64,000 nt of DNA, taken from positions 1 through 64,000 of the forward strand of contig JAXLNO010000363.1 of the NCBI GenBank assembly GCA_038087875.1, read 5' to 3'. Both the position numbers and the translations under genes were made by a program. This stretch comes from Malacoraja senta. Taxonomy: Eukaryota. Under the pieces are notes generated by a model. That model did not search any database, was not told the origin of the DNA, and worked only from the letters and a program-made list of their open reading frames with translations. How positions within the stretch are numbered: the stretch's first letter is position 1; each line of letters opens with the position of its first letter. Below, in pieces: positions 8,800 to 21,549 of the stretch.

Positions 8800-9423
8800 A
8801 CACACACACACACACCCTGAGCCTAGTGACCAGGGACTTTGATATGCCCCTTGAACTCGAGGGCCGAACCAGCCTGTCTGTCTGTCTGTCCCACAGAGCT
8901 TTTCCAATTTGACCAAATCTCACAGCAAAACCCGTTTTGAAGTCCAATAGCCATTAAGCCCATACATAACATGCATTTCCCTAACCCAATGAAACAACAA
9001 TTCAATTTCATCGTATTCACAGCCGACTCGAAGGGGAAGTCGACTTGGAAACATTGACCCTGATGAACAGAGCCCACACACAAGGCTCAACCGCCCCATC
9101 CAATTAACACTTAGCAGAGTCACACTCTGCAACATTACTTTCAACCTATTTACAAGGTGAATGTCCAGGTTTTTTGCACACATCCAATCCACTCTATGCA
9201 TTTGACAGTATTTGCAAGGCTTCCCATTCTCTGCATGCAAATTGCATCTAAGTTCCAGATTCCCAGGCATGTCTCGGAGTCTGTCTGTCTGTCTGTCTGT
9301 CTGTCCCAGAGAGCTTTTCCCATTTGACCAAATCTCACAGCAAACCCCGTTTTGAAGTCCAAACACTCTTCTACTCCTCCTCCTCCTCAGACGGATAAAG
9401 GTTGTGCAGGTGGACTGAAGGTG

Positions 9424-9467
<44 letters not shown>

Positions 9468-10334
9468 AGAGGGTAGAGAGAGGCTACAGTGGTAGCCGGG
9501 GAGGTCTTATGGGGTTGGACAGGCTAGATGCAGGAAGATTGTTCCCGATGTTGGGGAAGTCCAGGACAAGGGGTCACAGCTTAAGGATAAGGGGGAAATC
9601 CTTTAAGACCGAGATGAGGAAAAACATTTTCACACAGAGAGTGGTGAATCTGTGGAACTCTCTGCCACAGAGGGTAGTTGAGGCCAGTTCATTGGCTATA
9701 TTTAAGAGGGAGTTAGATGTGGCCCTTGTGGCTAAAGGGATCAGGGGGTATGGAGAGAAGGCAGGGACGGGATACTGAGTTGGATGATCAGCCATGATCA
9801 CAATGAATGGCGGTGCAGGCTCGAAGGGCCGAATGGCCTACTCCTGCACCTGTTGTCTATGTATCTCTGTATCTATGTAAACTAGTGTGTGAACGGGCGA
9901 TAAAAAGGGAATAGGTGAAGCAGGGAGAGAAAGGCGAGAGTTTGGGGCCTGTTTCAAGATGGCCGACTTTTGCCTCCTGTTTCTGTGTTGTATCTCTGAA
10001 CTAAACTAAACTAGTGTGTGAACGGGCGATCGCTGGTCGGCTAGCACGGACCCGGTGGGCCGAAGGGCCTGTTTCCGCGCTGTATCTCTGAAGTAAAAAG
10101 GGAATAGTTGAAGCAGGGAGAGGAGGGCGAGAGTTTGGGGCCTGGTTCAAGATGGCCGACTTTTGCCTCCTGTTTCCGCGCTGTATCTCTAAACTAAACT
10201 AGTGTGTGAACGGGCGATCGCTGGTCGGCTAGCACGGACCCGGTGGGGCCGAAGGGCCTGTTTCCGCGCTGTATCTCTAAACTAAACTATAACCGCTGTT
10301 CCTTGTGACGGCCAGTTTAAACGTCATGCCTCAC

Positions 10335-13300
10335 CTGCACAAACAAGTCGGAGAGGTGCTTCTTGTCCGCCAACTTCTCAAACACTTTCCCCATCTCCTG
10401 GATCATGTGAGAGCCCTTATTTGGGTCCCGATATGCCACATAACCTGAAGAAGGATCAAGATCAACTTCAGGAAGCAAAACAATGCACACACATCGTAGA
10501 GTCACAGAGTGATACAGTGTGGAAACAGGCCCTTCCTTCAGCCCAACTTGCCCACACCGCCCAACATGCCCCATCTACACTAGTCACAGAGTGATACAGT
10601 GTGGAAACAGGCCCTTCCTTCAGCCCAACTTGCCCACACCGCCCAACATGCCCCATCTACACTAGTCACAGAGTGATACAGTGTGGAAACAGGCCCTTCC
10701 TTCAGCCCAACTTGCCCACACCGACCAACATGCCCCATCTACACTAGTCACAGAGTGATACAGTGTGGAAACAGGCCCTTCCTTCAGCCCAACTTGCCCA
10801 CACCGCCCAACATGCCCCATCTACACTAGTCACAGAGTGATACAGTGTGGAAACAGGCCCTTCCTTCAGCCCAACTTGCCCACACCGCCCAACATGTCCC
10901 ATCTACACTAGTCCCACCTGCCTGCGCTTGGTCCATATCCCTCCAAACCTGTCCTATCCATGTACCTGTCTATCTGTTTCTTAAACGTTGGGATAGTCCC
11001 AGCCTCAACTACCTCCTCCGGCAGCTCGTTCCATACAGCCACCGCCCACCTGTGTGGGAAAAGTTACCCCTCAGATTCCCATTAAATCTTTTCCCCTTCA
11101 CCTTGAACCCGTGTCCTCTGGTCCTCGATTCCTCTACTCTGGGCAAGAGACTCTGTGCGTCTATTCGATCGATTCCTCTCATGATTTTATACACCTATCT
11201 CCGGTGTCCTCCCACACTCCAAAAACGTGCAGGTTTGTAGGTTAATTAGCTTGGTTTCGGTGTAAATTGTCCATAGTGGGTCCTCTTGTTATGAAGGCCA
11301 ACATGCCATTGTCTTTCTTCACTGCCTGCTGTACCTGCATGCTTACTTTCATAGACTGATGAACAAGGACCCCCAGATCCCGTTGTAATTCCCCTTTTCC
11401 CAACTTGACGCCATTGGTCAGGGTGGGGTGAGGGGGAGGTTAGAGTTTAAAGCGTGGAGGGCTACATGTTTTTATGGGCCTGTCGTGGAGGTGAGGTGGC
11501 ACAGGCCCTTCCTTCAGCCCAACTTGCCCACACCGACCAACATGCCCCATCTACACTAGTCCCACCTGCCTGCGCTTGGCCCATATCCCTCCAAACCCGT
11601 CCTATCCATGTACCTGTCTAACGTTGGGATAGTCCCAGCCTCAACTACCTCCTCTGGCAGCTCGTTCCATACACCTAGCACCCTCTGTGTGGGAAAAGTC
11701 ACCCCTCAAATCGCTGTTAAATCTTTCCCCCTTCACCTTGAACCCGTGTCCTCTGGTCCTCGATTCCCCTACTCTGGGCAAGAGACTCTGTGCGTCTACC
11801 CGATCTATTCCCCTCATGATTTTATACATCTCTATAAGATCCATCACATTGTGGGACGTGGGGATATGGACCAAACGCAGGCAGGTGGGACTAGTGTAGA
11901 TGGGACATGTTGGCCGGTGTGGGCAAGTTGGGCTGAAGGACCTGTTTCCGTGACTCTGGGACTGGTGTAGATGGGGCATGTTGGGCTAGTGTGGGCAAGT
12001 TGGGCCGAAGGGCCTGTTTCCGTGACTCTGGGACTAGTGTAGATGGGACATGTTGGTCGGTGTGGGCAAGTTGGGCCGAAGGAAGGGCCTGTTTCCACAC
12101 TGTATCACTCTGTGACTAGTGTAGATGGGGCATGTTGGGCGGTGTGGGCAAGTTGGGCCGAAGGAAGGGCCTGTTTCGAACTGCGTAACTCTGTGATTCT
12201 AAATAAACGTGAGATGAATAAGCAGGAATGGGGAACTCGCCTTTCCAGACGGATCGATGTGCTCAGTCACTTGGAAGTTTAATTTGTTCAGGCAATTCCA
12301 GAGAGTTTTCCTATCAATGTCAGCTCCGCTCCTACCGTTTGCAATGCAGAGAATTAAGGCCTTTCTCAGTCGTGACATATGATAACATCCCTCCTGTTCC
12401 AGAGACCAAGATTTTCACACAGTCAGTACAGACGTCCAGGGCAGGGAGACAATAGACATAGACAATAGGTGCATGAGTAGAGGCCATTCGGCCCTTCGAG
12501 CAAGCACCGCCATTCACTGCGATCATGGCTGATCGTCCCCAATCAATAACCCGTGCCTGCCTTCTCCCCATATCCCTTGATTCCACTAGCCCCTAGAGCT
12601 AAATCTAACTCTATCCTACACACACACTAGGGACAATTTACATTGATGCCAAGCCAATTAACCTGGAATAGAGACCCAGCCTACTCAACCTCTCCCTGTA
12701 GCTCACACCCTCGAGTCCCGGCAACATCCTCGTGAATCTTCTCTGCGCCCTTTCCAGCTTGACGACATCGTTCCTGTAACACGGTGCCCAGAACTGAACA
12801 CAATACTCTAAATGCGGTCTCACCAACGTCTTGTACAACTGCAACGTGACCTCCCAACTTCTAGACTCAATACTCTTGACTGATGAAAGGCCAAAGTGCC
12901 AAAAGCCTTGTTGACCACCTTGTCTACCTGCGACTCGACCTTCAAGGAACCATGCACCATGCACCTGTACTCCTAGATCCCTCTGCTCTACAACACTACC
13001 CAGAGGCCCAAAGACCATTCACTGTGTAGGTCCTGCCCTTAGATGTCCCAAAATACAACACCTCACACACATAACAAGAGGAGTCGGGTACAGGAGCAAA
13101 GATGTCCTTCTGCAGTTGTACAGGGCCCTAATGAGACCACACCTGGAGTATTGTGTACAGTTTTGGTCCCCTAATTTGAGGAAGGACATTCTTGCTATTG
13201 AGGGAGCCCAGCGTAGGTTCACCAGGTTAATTCACGGGATGGCGGGACTGTCATATGCTGAGAGAATGGAGCGGCTGGGCTTGTACACTCTGGCGTTTAG

Positions 13301-13829
13301 AAGGATGAGAGGGAATCTCATTGAAACATATAAGATTATTAAGGGTTTGGACACGCTAGAGGCAGGAAACATGTTCCCGATGTTGGGGGAGTCCTGAACC
13401 AGGGGCCACACACAGGTTAAGAATAAGGGGTCGGCCATTTAGAACGGAGACGAGGAAACACTTTTTCTCACAGAGAGTGGTGAGTCTGTGGAATTCTCTG
13501 CCTCAGAGGGCGGTGGAGGCCGGTTCTCTGGATGCTTTCAAGAGAGAGCTAGATAGGGCTCTTAAAGATAGCGGAGTCAGGGGATATGGGGAGAAGGCAG
13601 GAACGGGGTACTGATTGGGGATGATCAGCCATGATCACATTGAATGGTGGTGCTGGCTCGATGGGCCGAATGGCCTCTACTCCTGCACCTATTGTCTATT
13701 GTCTATTAAATTCCATCGACCGTTCCGTGCTGCCTTACCTGGTCTTGTACCCCTGGGGCAGGTGTGGAGGGGGGGGTGGAGCCTCATTGTCCAAGGTGGG
13801 GGCTCCAGGTATAGGTATGCTGTCTACAC
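10335..13829 (-). pseudogene. Caspase-14-like partial gene, copy 2
   Basis: Exons 13829-13739 (91 nt, -1 frameshift), 12393-12241 (variant EGCYHMSR...CLNK, GC donor), 10444-10335. Confidence 0.85.
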
Positions 13830-16052
13830 CTGTGGGAGGAAAACCAGTGGTCACCTGTGTATCAATGGAGAGGGTGGGGGGAGAGAGTGGGGGAGAGCGG
13901 GGAGAGAGAGAGAAGGGGGAGGGGGAAAGGGGAAGAGAGGGGAGAGGGAGAGAGAGGGAGAGGGATGAGAGGGGGGGAAGATGGGGAGAGGGGGAAAGAG
14001 GGGAGAGGGGGAGAGGGAAAGAGGGGGGAAAGAGAGGGGGAGAGAGAGGGGAAGATGGGGAGAGAGGGGGGAGAGAGAAGGGAGAGAGAGGGGGGGAAAC
14101 AGGGAGAAGGGAGGGGGAGAGAGGGAGTGAGAGAAGGGGGAGAGAGAGAGGGGAGAGGGGGAGAGAGGGGGAAAATATGGGGAGAGAAGGGGGAGAGATG
14201 GGGAGCGAAGGGGAGAGAGAGAGGGAGAGTGAGAGAAGGGGAAAGAGAGGGGGAGAGAGGAGAGATAGAGGGTTGAGATAGAGAGAGGGGGAGAGAGAGA
14301 GGGGGAAAGATGGGGAGAGAAGGGGGAGAGAGAGGGGGAAGATGGGGAGAGAAGGGGGGAGAGAGAGAGGGGAAAGATGGGGAGACAGTGGGGGGAGTGA
14401 GAGGGGAGAGGCAGAGAGAGAGAAAGGGAGAGAGAAGGGGAAAGAGAGAGGAGAGAGGGGTGGAATAAGAGGGGAGAGAGAGGGGATTAGAGGGAGGGAG
14501 TGGCCTCTGTTATAAACTGGCATCGATCCAGGTTTGTGTTTAAACAGATGGATTTTTCACCGAGTCCATCTGTCGCAGCGAGTTCCCATAAAATACTTCA
14601 CCTGGAGTATTGTGTACAGTTTTGGTCTCCTAATTTGAGGAAGGACATCCTTGTGATTGAGGCAGTGCAGCGTAGGTTCACCAGATTGATCCCTGGGATG
14701 GCGGGACTGTCATATGAGGAAAGAATGAAAAGACTGGGCTTGTATTCACTGGCGTTTAGACGGATGGGGGGGGGGGGGGATCTTATAGAAACATATAAAA
14801 TTATAAAAGGACTGGACAAGCTAGATGCAGGAAAAATGTTCCCAATGTTGGGCGAGTCCAGAACCAGGGGCCACACAGTCTTAGAATAAAGGGGAGGCTA
14901 TTTAAGACTGAGGTGAGAAAAAACTTTTTCACCCAGAGAGTTGTGAATCTGTGGCCATTTGGGACTGAGATGAGGAGAAACTTTTCCACCCAGAGAGTTG
15001 TGTGAATTTGTGGAATTCCCTGCTGCCACAGAGGGCAGTGGAGGCCAAGTCACTGGATGGATTTAAGAGAGAGTTAGATAGAGCTCTAGGGGCTAGTGGA
15101 GTCAAGGGATATGGGGAGAAGGCAGGCACGGGTTATTGATTGGGGACGATCAGCCGTGATCACAATGAATGGCGGTGCTGGCTGGAAGGGCCGAATGGCC
15201 TCCTCCTGCACCTATTGTCTATGTTTCTATGACTGTAGACTCCTACCTCACCAGGGACTAACGTTACTGAACCATTTTACTGTGGTGTCTTTTAAAATTG
15301 CTGTTTTTCCCTTTTGTTCCCCTCCCACAAATATGTAATATGTGAATATTCTGTTTGTAGTTTGTCTGTTTGTCTTTTGCACAATTCCCGCGAGCATCGA
15401 CACTTTTAATTTCACTGCCCACCTCGTATGTGTGTGGGTGACCAATAGACTGGACCTAGAGTGGGTGACCAATAGACTGGACCTAGAATTTAGCTGGAAT
15501 TTAGAAGATTGAGGGGGGATCTTATAGAAACTTACAAGATTCTTAAGGGGTTGGACAGGTTAAATGCAGGAAGATTGTTCCTGATGTTGGGGAAGTCCAG
15601 GACAAGGGGTCACACAGTTTAAGGATAAGGGGGAAGTCTTTTAGGACCGAGATTTTTCACACAGAGAGTGGTGAATCTGTGGAATTCTCTGCCACAGAAG
15701 GTAGTTGAGGCCAGTTCATTGGCTATATTTAAGAGGGAGTTAGATGTGGCCCTTGTGGGTAAAGGGATCAGGGGGTATGGAGAGAAGGCAGGTACGGGAT
15801 ACTGAGTTGGATGATCAGCCATGATCATATTGAATGGCGGTGCAGGCTCGAAGGGCCGAATGGCCTCTACTCCTGCACCTATTGTCTATGTTTCTATGTT
15901 TCTATGACCTGACTTGACTTGCCGAGCTTTATGTGGCCACTGTTTGGATAACTTTGGGTATCGAAAGCAAAGTGTCACCCTGACTCGATTTCTTGGAAAA
16001 TACATCCCCTTTATCGGATTCAGGACGGGTGGGGCAGAGACAGAGAGGGAGG

Positions 16053-16122
<70 letters not shown>

Positions 16123-16419
16123 GGGGGAGAGGGGATGAGAAGGGGAAGGGAGAAGGGGAGAGAGGAGAGGGAGAGAAAGCATTTTGGCCTTTTTTCCTCA
16201 CTTTTTGGTGACAAATCTTCCACTTTTCAATTGTCTACAGATCTCAAGAATACGATCCCGGATCTCGCAGGCAGACAGGCAATGAACGGAGAATTCCGGT
16301 GTGGTGAGTGAATACACACAGTCACACACACACACGCACACACACACACACACACAGTCCTAAACAGGGTGGGGAATGTGTGCAGGCAGAGAGAGAGAGA
16401 GAGAGAGAGGCAGGCTCCC

Positions 16420-16478
<59 letters not shown>

Positions 16479-17091
16479 ACACACACACACACCCTGAGCC
16501 TAGTGACCAGGGACTTTGATATGCCCCTTGAACTCCAGGGCCAAACCAGTCTGTCTGTCCCACAGAGCTTTTCCAATTTGACCAAATCTCACAGCAAAAC
16601 CCGTTTTGAAGTCCAATAGCCATTAAGCCCATACATAACATGCATTTCCCTCACCCAACGATACAACAATTCAATTTCATCGTATTCACAGCCGACTCGA
16701 AGGGGAAGTCCACTTGGAAACATTGACCCTGATGAACAGAAGCCACACACAAGGCTCAACCGACCCATCCAATTAACACTTAGCAGAGTCACACTCTGCA
16801 ACATTACTTTCAACCTATTTACAAGGTGAATGTCCAGGTTTTTGCACACATCCAATCCACTCTATGCATTTGACAGTATTTGCAAGGCTTCCCATTCTCT
16901 GCATGCAAATTGCATCTAAGTTCCAGATTCCCAGGCATCTCTCGGAGTCTGTCTGTCTGTCTGTCTGTCCCAGAGAGCTTTTCCCATTTGACCAAATCTC
17001 ACAGCAAACCCCGTTTTGAAGTCCAAACACTCTTCTACTCCTCCTCCTCCTCAGACGGATAAAGGTTGTGCAGGTGGACTGAAGGTGTGGT

Positions 17092-17133
<42 letters not shown>

Positions 17134-18000
17134 AGAGGGTAGAGAGAGGCTACAGTGGTAGCCGGGGAGGTCTTATGGGGTTGGACAGGCTAGATGCAGG
17201 AAGATTGTTCCCGATGTTGGGGAAGTCCAGGACAAGGGGTCACAGCTTAAGGATAAGGGGGAAATCCTTTAAGACCGAGATGAGGAAAAACATTTTCACA
17301 CAGAGAGTGGTGAATCTGTGGAACTCTCTGCCACAGAGGGTAGTTGAGGCCAGTTCATTGGCTATATTTAAGAGGGAGTTAGATGTGGCCCTTGTGGCTA
17401 AAGGGATCAGGGGGTATGGAGAGAAGGCAGGGACGGGATACTGAGTTGGATGATCAGCCATGATCACAATGAATGGCGGTGCAGGCTCGAAGGGCCGAAT
17501 GGCCTACTCCTGCACCTGTTGTCTATGTATCTCTGTATCTATGTAAACTAGTGTGTGAACGGGTGATAAAAAGGGAATAGGTGAAGCAGGGAGAGAAAGG
17601 CGAGAGTTTGGGGCCTGTTTCAAGATGGCCGACTTTTGCCTCCTGTTTCTGTGTTGTATCTCTGAACTAAACTAAACTAGTGTGTGAACGGGCGATCGCT
17701 GGTCGGCTAGCACGGACCCGGTGGGCCGAAGGGCCTGTTTCCGCGCTGTATCTCTGAAGTAAAAAGGGAATAGTTGAAGCAGGGAGAGGAGGGCGAGAGT
17801 TTGGGGCCTGGTTCAAGATGGCCGACTTTTGCCTCCTGTTTCCGCGCTGTATCTCTAAACTAAACTAGTGTGTGAACGGGCGATCGCTGGTCGGCTAGCA
17901 CGGACCCGGTGGGGCCGAAGGGCCTGTTTCCGCGCTGTATCTCTAAACTAAACTATAACCGCTGTTCCTTGTGACGGCCAGTTTAAACGTCATGCCTCAC

Positions 18001-21000
18001 CTGCACAAACAAGTCGGAGAGGTGCTTCTTGTCCGCCAACTTCTCAAACACTTTCCCCATCTCCTGGATCATGTGAGAGCCCTTATTTGGGTCCCGATAT
18101 GCCACATAACCTGAAGAAGAATCAAGATCAACTTCAGGAAGCAAATCAATGCACACACATCGTAGAGTCACAGAGTGATACAGTGTGGAAACAGGCCCTT
18201 CCTTCAGCCCAACTTGCCCACACCGCCCAACATGCCCCATCTACACTAGTCACAGAGTGATACAGTGTGGAAACAGGCCCTTCCTTCAGCCCAACTTGCC
18301 CACACCGCCCAACATGCCCCATCTACACTAGTCACAGAGTGATACAGTGTGGAAACAGGCCCTTCCTTCAGCCCAACTTGCCCACACCGCCCAACATGCC
18401 CCATCTACACTAGTCACAGAGTGATACAGTGTGGAAACAGGCCCTTCCTTCAGCCCAACTTGCCCACACCGACCAACATGCCCCATCTACACTAGTCACA
18501 GAGTGATACAGTGTGGAAACAGGCCCTTCAGCCCACCCCGACCAACATGCCCCATTTACACTAGTCACAGAGTGATACAGTGTGGAAACAGGCCCTTCCT
18601 TCAGCCCAACTTGCCCACACCGCCCAACATGTCCCATCTACACTAGTCCCACCTGCCTGCGCTTGGTCCATATCCCTCCAAACCTGTCCTATCCATGTAC
18701 CTGTCTATCTGTTTCTTAAATGTTGGGATAGTCCCAGCCTCAACTACCTCCTCCGGCAGCTCGTTCCATACAGCCACCGCCCACCTGTGTGGGAAAAGTT
18801 ACCCCTCAGATTCCCATTAAATATTTTCCCCTTCACCTTGAACCCGTGTCCTCTGGTCCTCGATTCCTCTACTCTGGGCAAGAGACTCTGTGCGTCTACC
18901 CGATCGATTCCTCTCATGATTTTATACACCTATCTCCGGTGTCCTCCCACACTCCAAAAACGTGCAGGTTTGTAGGTTAATTAGCTTGGTTTCAGTGTAA
19001 ATTGTCCATAGTGGGTCCTCTTGTTATAAAGGCCAACATGCCATTGTCTTTCTTCACTGCCTGCTGTACCTGCATGCTTACTTTCATAGACTGATGAACA
19101 AGGACCCCCAGATCCCGTTGTAATTCCCCTTTTCCCAACTTGACGCCATTGGTCAGGGTGGGGTGAGGGGGGGTTAGAGTTTAAAGCGTGGAGGGCTACA
19201 TGTTTTTATGGGCCTGTCGTGGAGGTGAGGTGGCACAGGCCCTTCCTTCAGCCCAACTTGCCCACACCGACCAACATGCCCCATCTACACTAGTCCCACC
19301 TGCCTGCGCTTGGCCCATATCCCTCCAAACCCGTCCTATCCATGTACCTGTCTAACGTTGGGATAGTCCCAGCCTCAACTACCTCCTCTGGCAGCTCGTT
19401 CCATACACCCACCACCCTCTGTGTGGGAAAAGTCACCCCTCAAATCGCTGTTAAATCTTTCCCCCTTCACCTTGAACCCGTGTCCTCTGGTCCTCGATTC
19501 CCCTACTCTGGGCAAGAGACTCTGTGCGTCTACCCGATCTATTCCCCTCATGATTTTATACATCTCTATAAGATCCATCACATTGTGGGACGTGGGGATA
19601 TGGACCAAACGCAGGCAGGTGGGACTAGTGTAGATGGGACATGTTGGCCGGTGTGGGCAAGTTGGGCTGAAGGACCTGTTCCGTGACTCTGGGACTGGTG
19701 TAGATGGGGCATGTTGGGCTAGTGTGGGCAAGTTGGGCCGAAGGGCCTGTTTCCGTGACTCTGGGACTAGTGTAGATGGGACATGTTGGTCGGTGTGGGC
19801 AAGTTGGGCCGAAGGAAGGGCCTGTTTCCACACTGTATCACTCTGTGACTAGTGTAGATGGGGCATGTTGGGCGGTGTGGGCAAGTTGGGCCAAAGGAAG
19901 GGCCTGTTTCGAACTGCGTAACTCTGTGATTCTAAATAAACGTGAGATGATTAAGCAGGAATGGGGAACTCGCCTTTCAGACGGATCGATGTGCTCAGTC
20001 ACTTGGAAGTTTAATTTGCTCAGGCAATCCCAGAGAGTTTCCTATCAATGTCAGCTCCGCTCCTACCGTTTGCAATGCAGAGAATTAAGGCCTTTCTCAG
20101 TCGCGACATATCATACTCTCCCTCCTGTTCCAGAGACCAAGATTTTCACAGTCAGTACAGACGTCCAGGGCAGGGAGACAATAGACATAGACAATAGGTG
20201 CAGGAGTAGAGGCCATTCGGCCCTTCGAGCAAGCACCGCCATTCACTGCGATCATGGCTGATCGTCCCCAATCAATAACCCATGCCTGCCTTCTCCCCAT
20301 ATCCTTTGATTCCACTAGCCCCTAGAGCTAAATCTAACTCTATCCTACACACACACTAGGGACAATTTACATTGATGCCAAGCCAATTAACCTGGAATAG
20401 AGACCCAGCCTACTCAACCTCTCCTGTAGCTCACACCCTCTAGTCCGGCAACATCCTCGTGAATCTTCTCTGCGCCCTTTCCAGCTTGACGACATCGTTC
20501 CTGTAACACGGTGCCCAGAACTGAACACAATACTCTAAATGCGGTCTCACCAACGTCTTGTACAACTGCAACGTGACCTCCCAACTTCTAGACTCAATAC
20601 TCTTGACTGATGAAAGGCCAAAGTGCCAAAAGCCTTGTTGACCACCTTGTCTACCTGCGACTCGACCTTCAAGGAACCATGCACCTGTACTCCTAGATCC
20701 CTCTGCTCTACAACACTACCCAGAGGCCCAAAGACCATTCACTGTGTAGGTCCTGCCCTTAGATGTCCCAAAAGACAACACCTCACACACATAACAAGAG
20801 GAGTCGAGTACAGGAGCAAAGAGGTCCTTCTGCAGTTGTACAGGGCCCTAATGAGACCACACCTGGAGTATTGTGTACAGTTTTGGTCCCTAATTTGAGG
20901 AAGGACATTCTTGCTATTGAGGGAGCCCAGCGTAGGTTCACCAGGTTAATTCACGGGATGGCGGGACTGTCATATGCTGAGAGAATGGAGCGGCTGGGCT

Positions 21001-21549
21001 TGTACACTCTGGAGTTTAGAAGGATGAGAGGGAATCTCATTGAAACATATAAGATTATTAAGGGTTTGGACACGCTAGAGGCAGGAAACATGTTCCCGAT
21101 GTTGGGGGAGTCCTGAACCAGGGGCCACACACAGGTTAAGAATAAGGGGTCGGCCATTTAGAACGTGAGACGAGGAAACACTTTTTCTCACAGAGAGTGG
21201 TGAGTCTGTGGGATTCTCTGCCTCAGAGGGCGGTGGAGGCCGGTTCTCTACATACTTTCAAGAGAGAGCTAGATAGGGCTCTTAAAGATAGCGGAGTCAG
21301 GGGATATGGGGAGAAGGCAGGAACGGGGTACTGATTGGGGATGATCAGCCATGATCACATTGAATGGTGGTGCTGGCTCGATGGGCCGAATGGCCTCTAC
21401 TCCTGCACCTATTGTCTATTGTCTATTAAATTCCATCGACCGTTCCGTGCTGCCTTACCTGGTCTTGTACCCCTGGGCAGGTGTGGAGGGGGGGGTGGGA
21501 GCCTCATTGTCCAAGGTGGGGGCTCCAGGTATAGGTATGCTGTCTACAC
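18001..21549 (-). pseudogene. Caspase-14-like partial gene, copy 3
   Basis: Exons 21549-21459 (91 nt), 20124-19974 (151 nt, two single-base deletions), 18110-18001. Confidence 0.85.

Larger units (their letters stand above)
7150..9505 (+). repeat. Internal direct duplication: block A (~7150-8120) and block B (~8498-9505), offset 1349 bp
   Basis: GAAAGCATTTTG.CCTTTTTTCCTCAC...GTAGCCGGGGAGGT occurs twice per unit with diagnostic variants (CTCCAGGGCCAA vs CTCGAGGGCCGA; ACGGACAAA vs ACGGATAAA). Contains (CA)n, (GA)n, (TC)n and (TCTG)n microsatellites. Confidence 0.95.

Noticed and set aside
8920..9366. 148-aa minus-strand ORF as a gene
   Set aside because: Its length depends on (TCTG)n and T-run lengths, it is broken in most copies, and no domain is recognisable.
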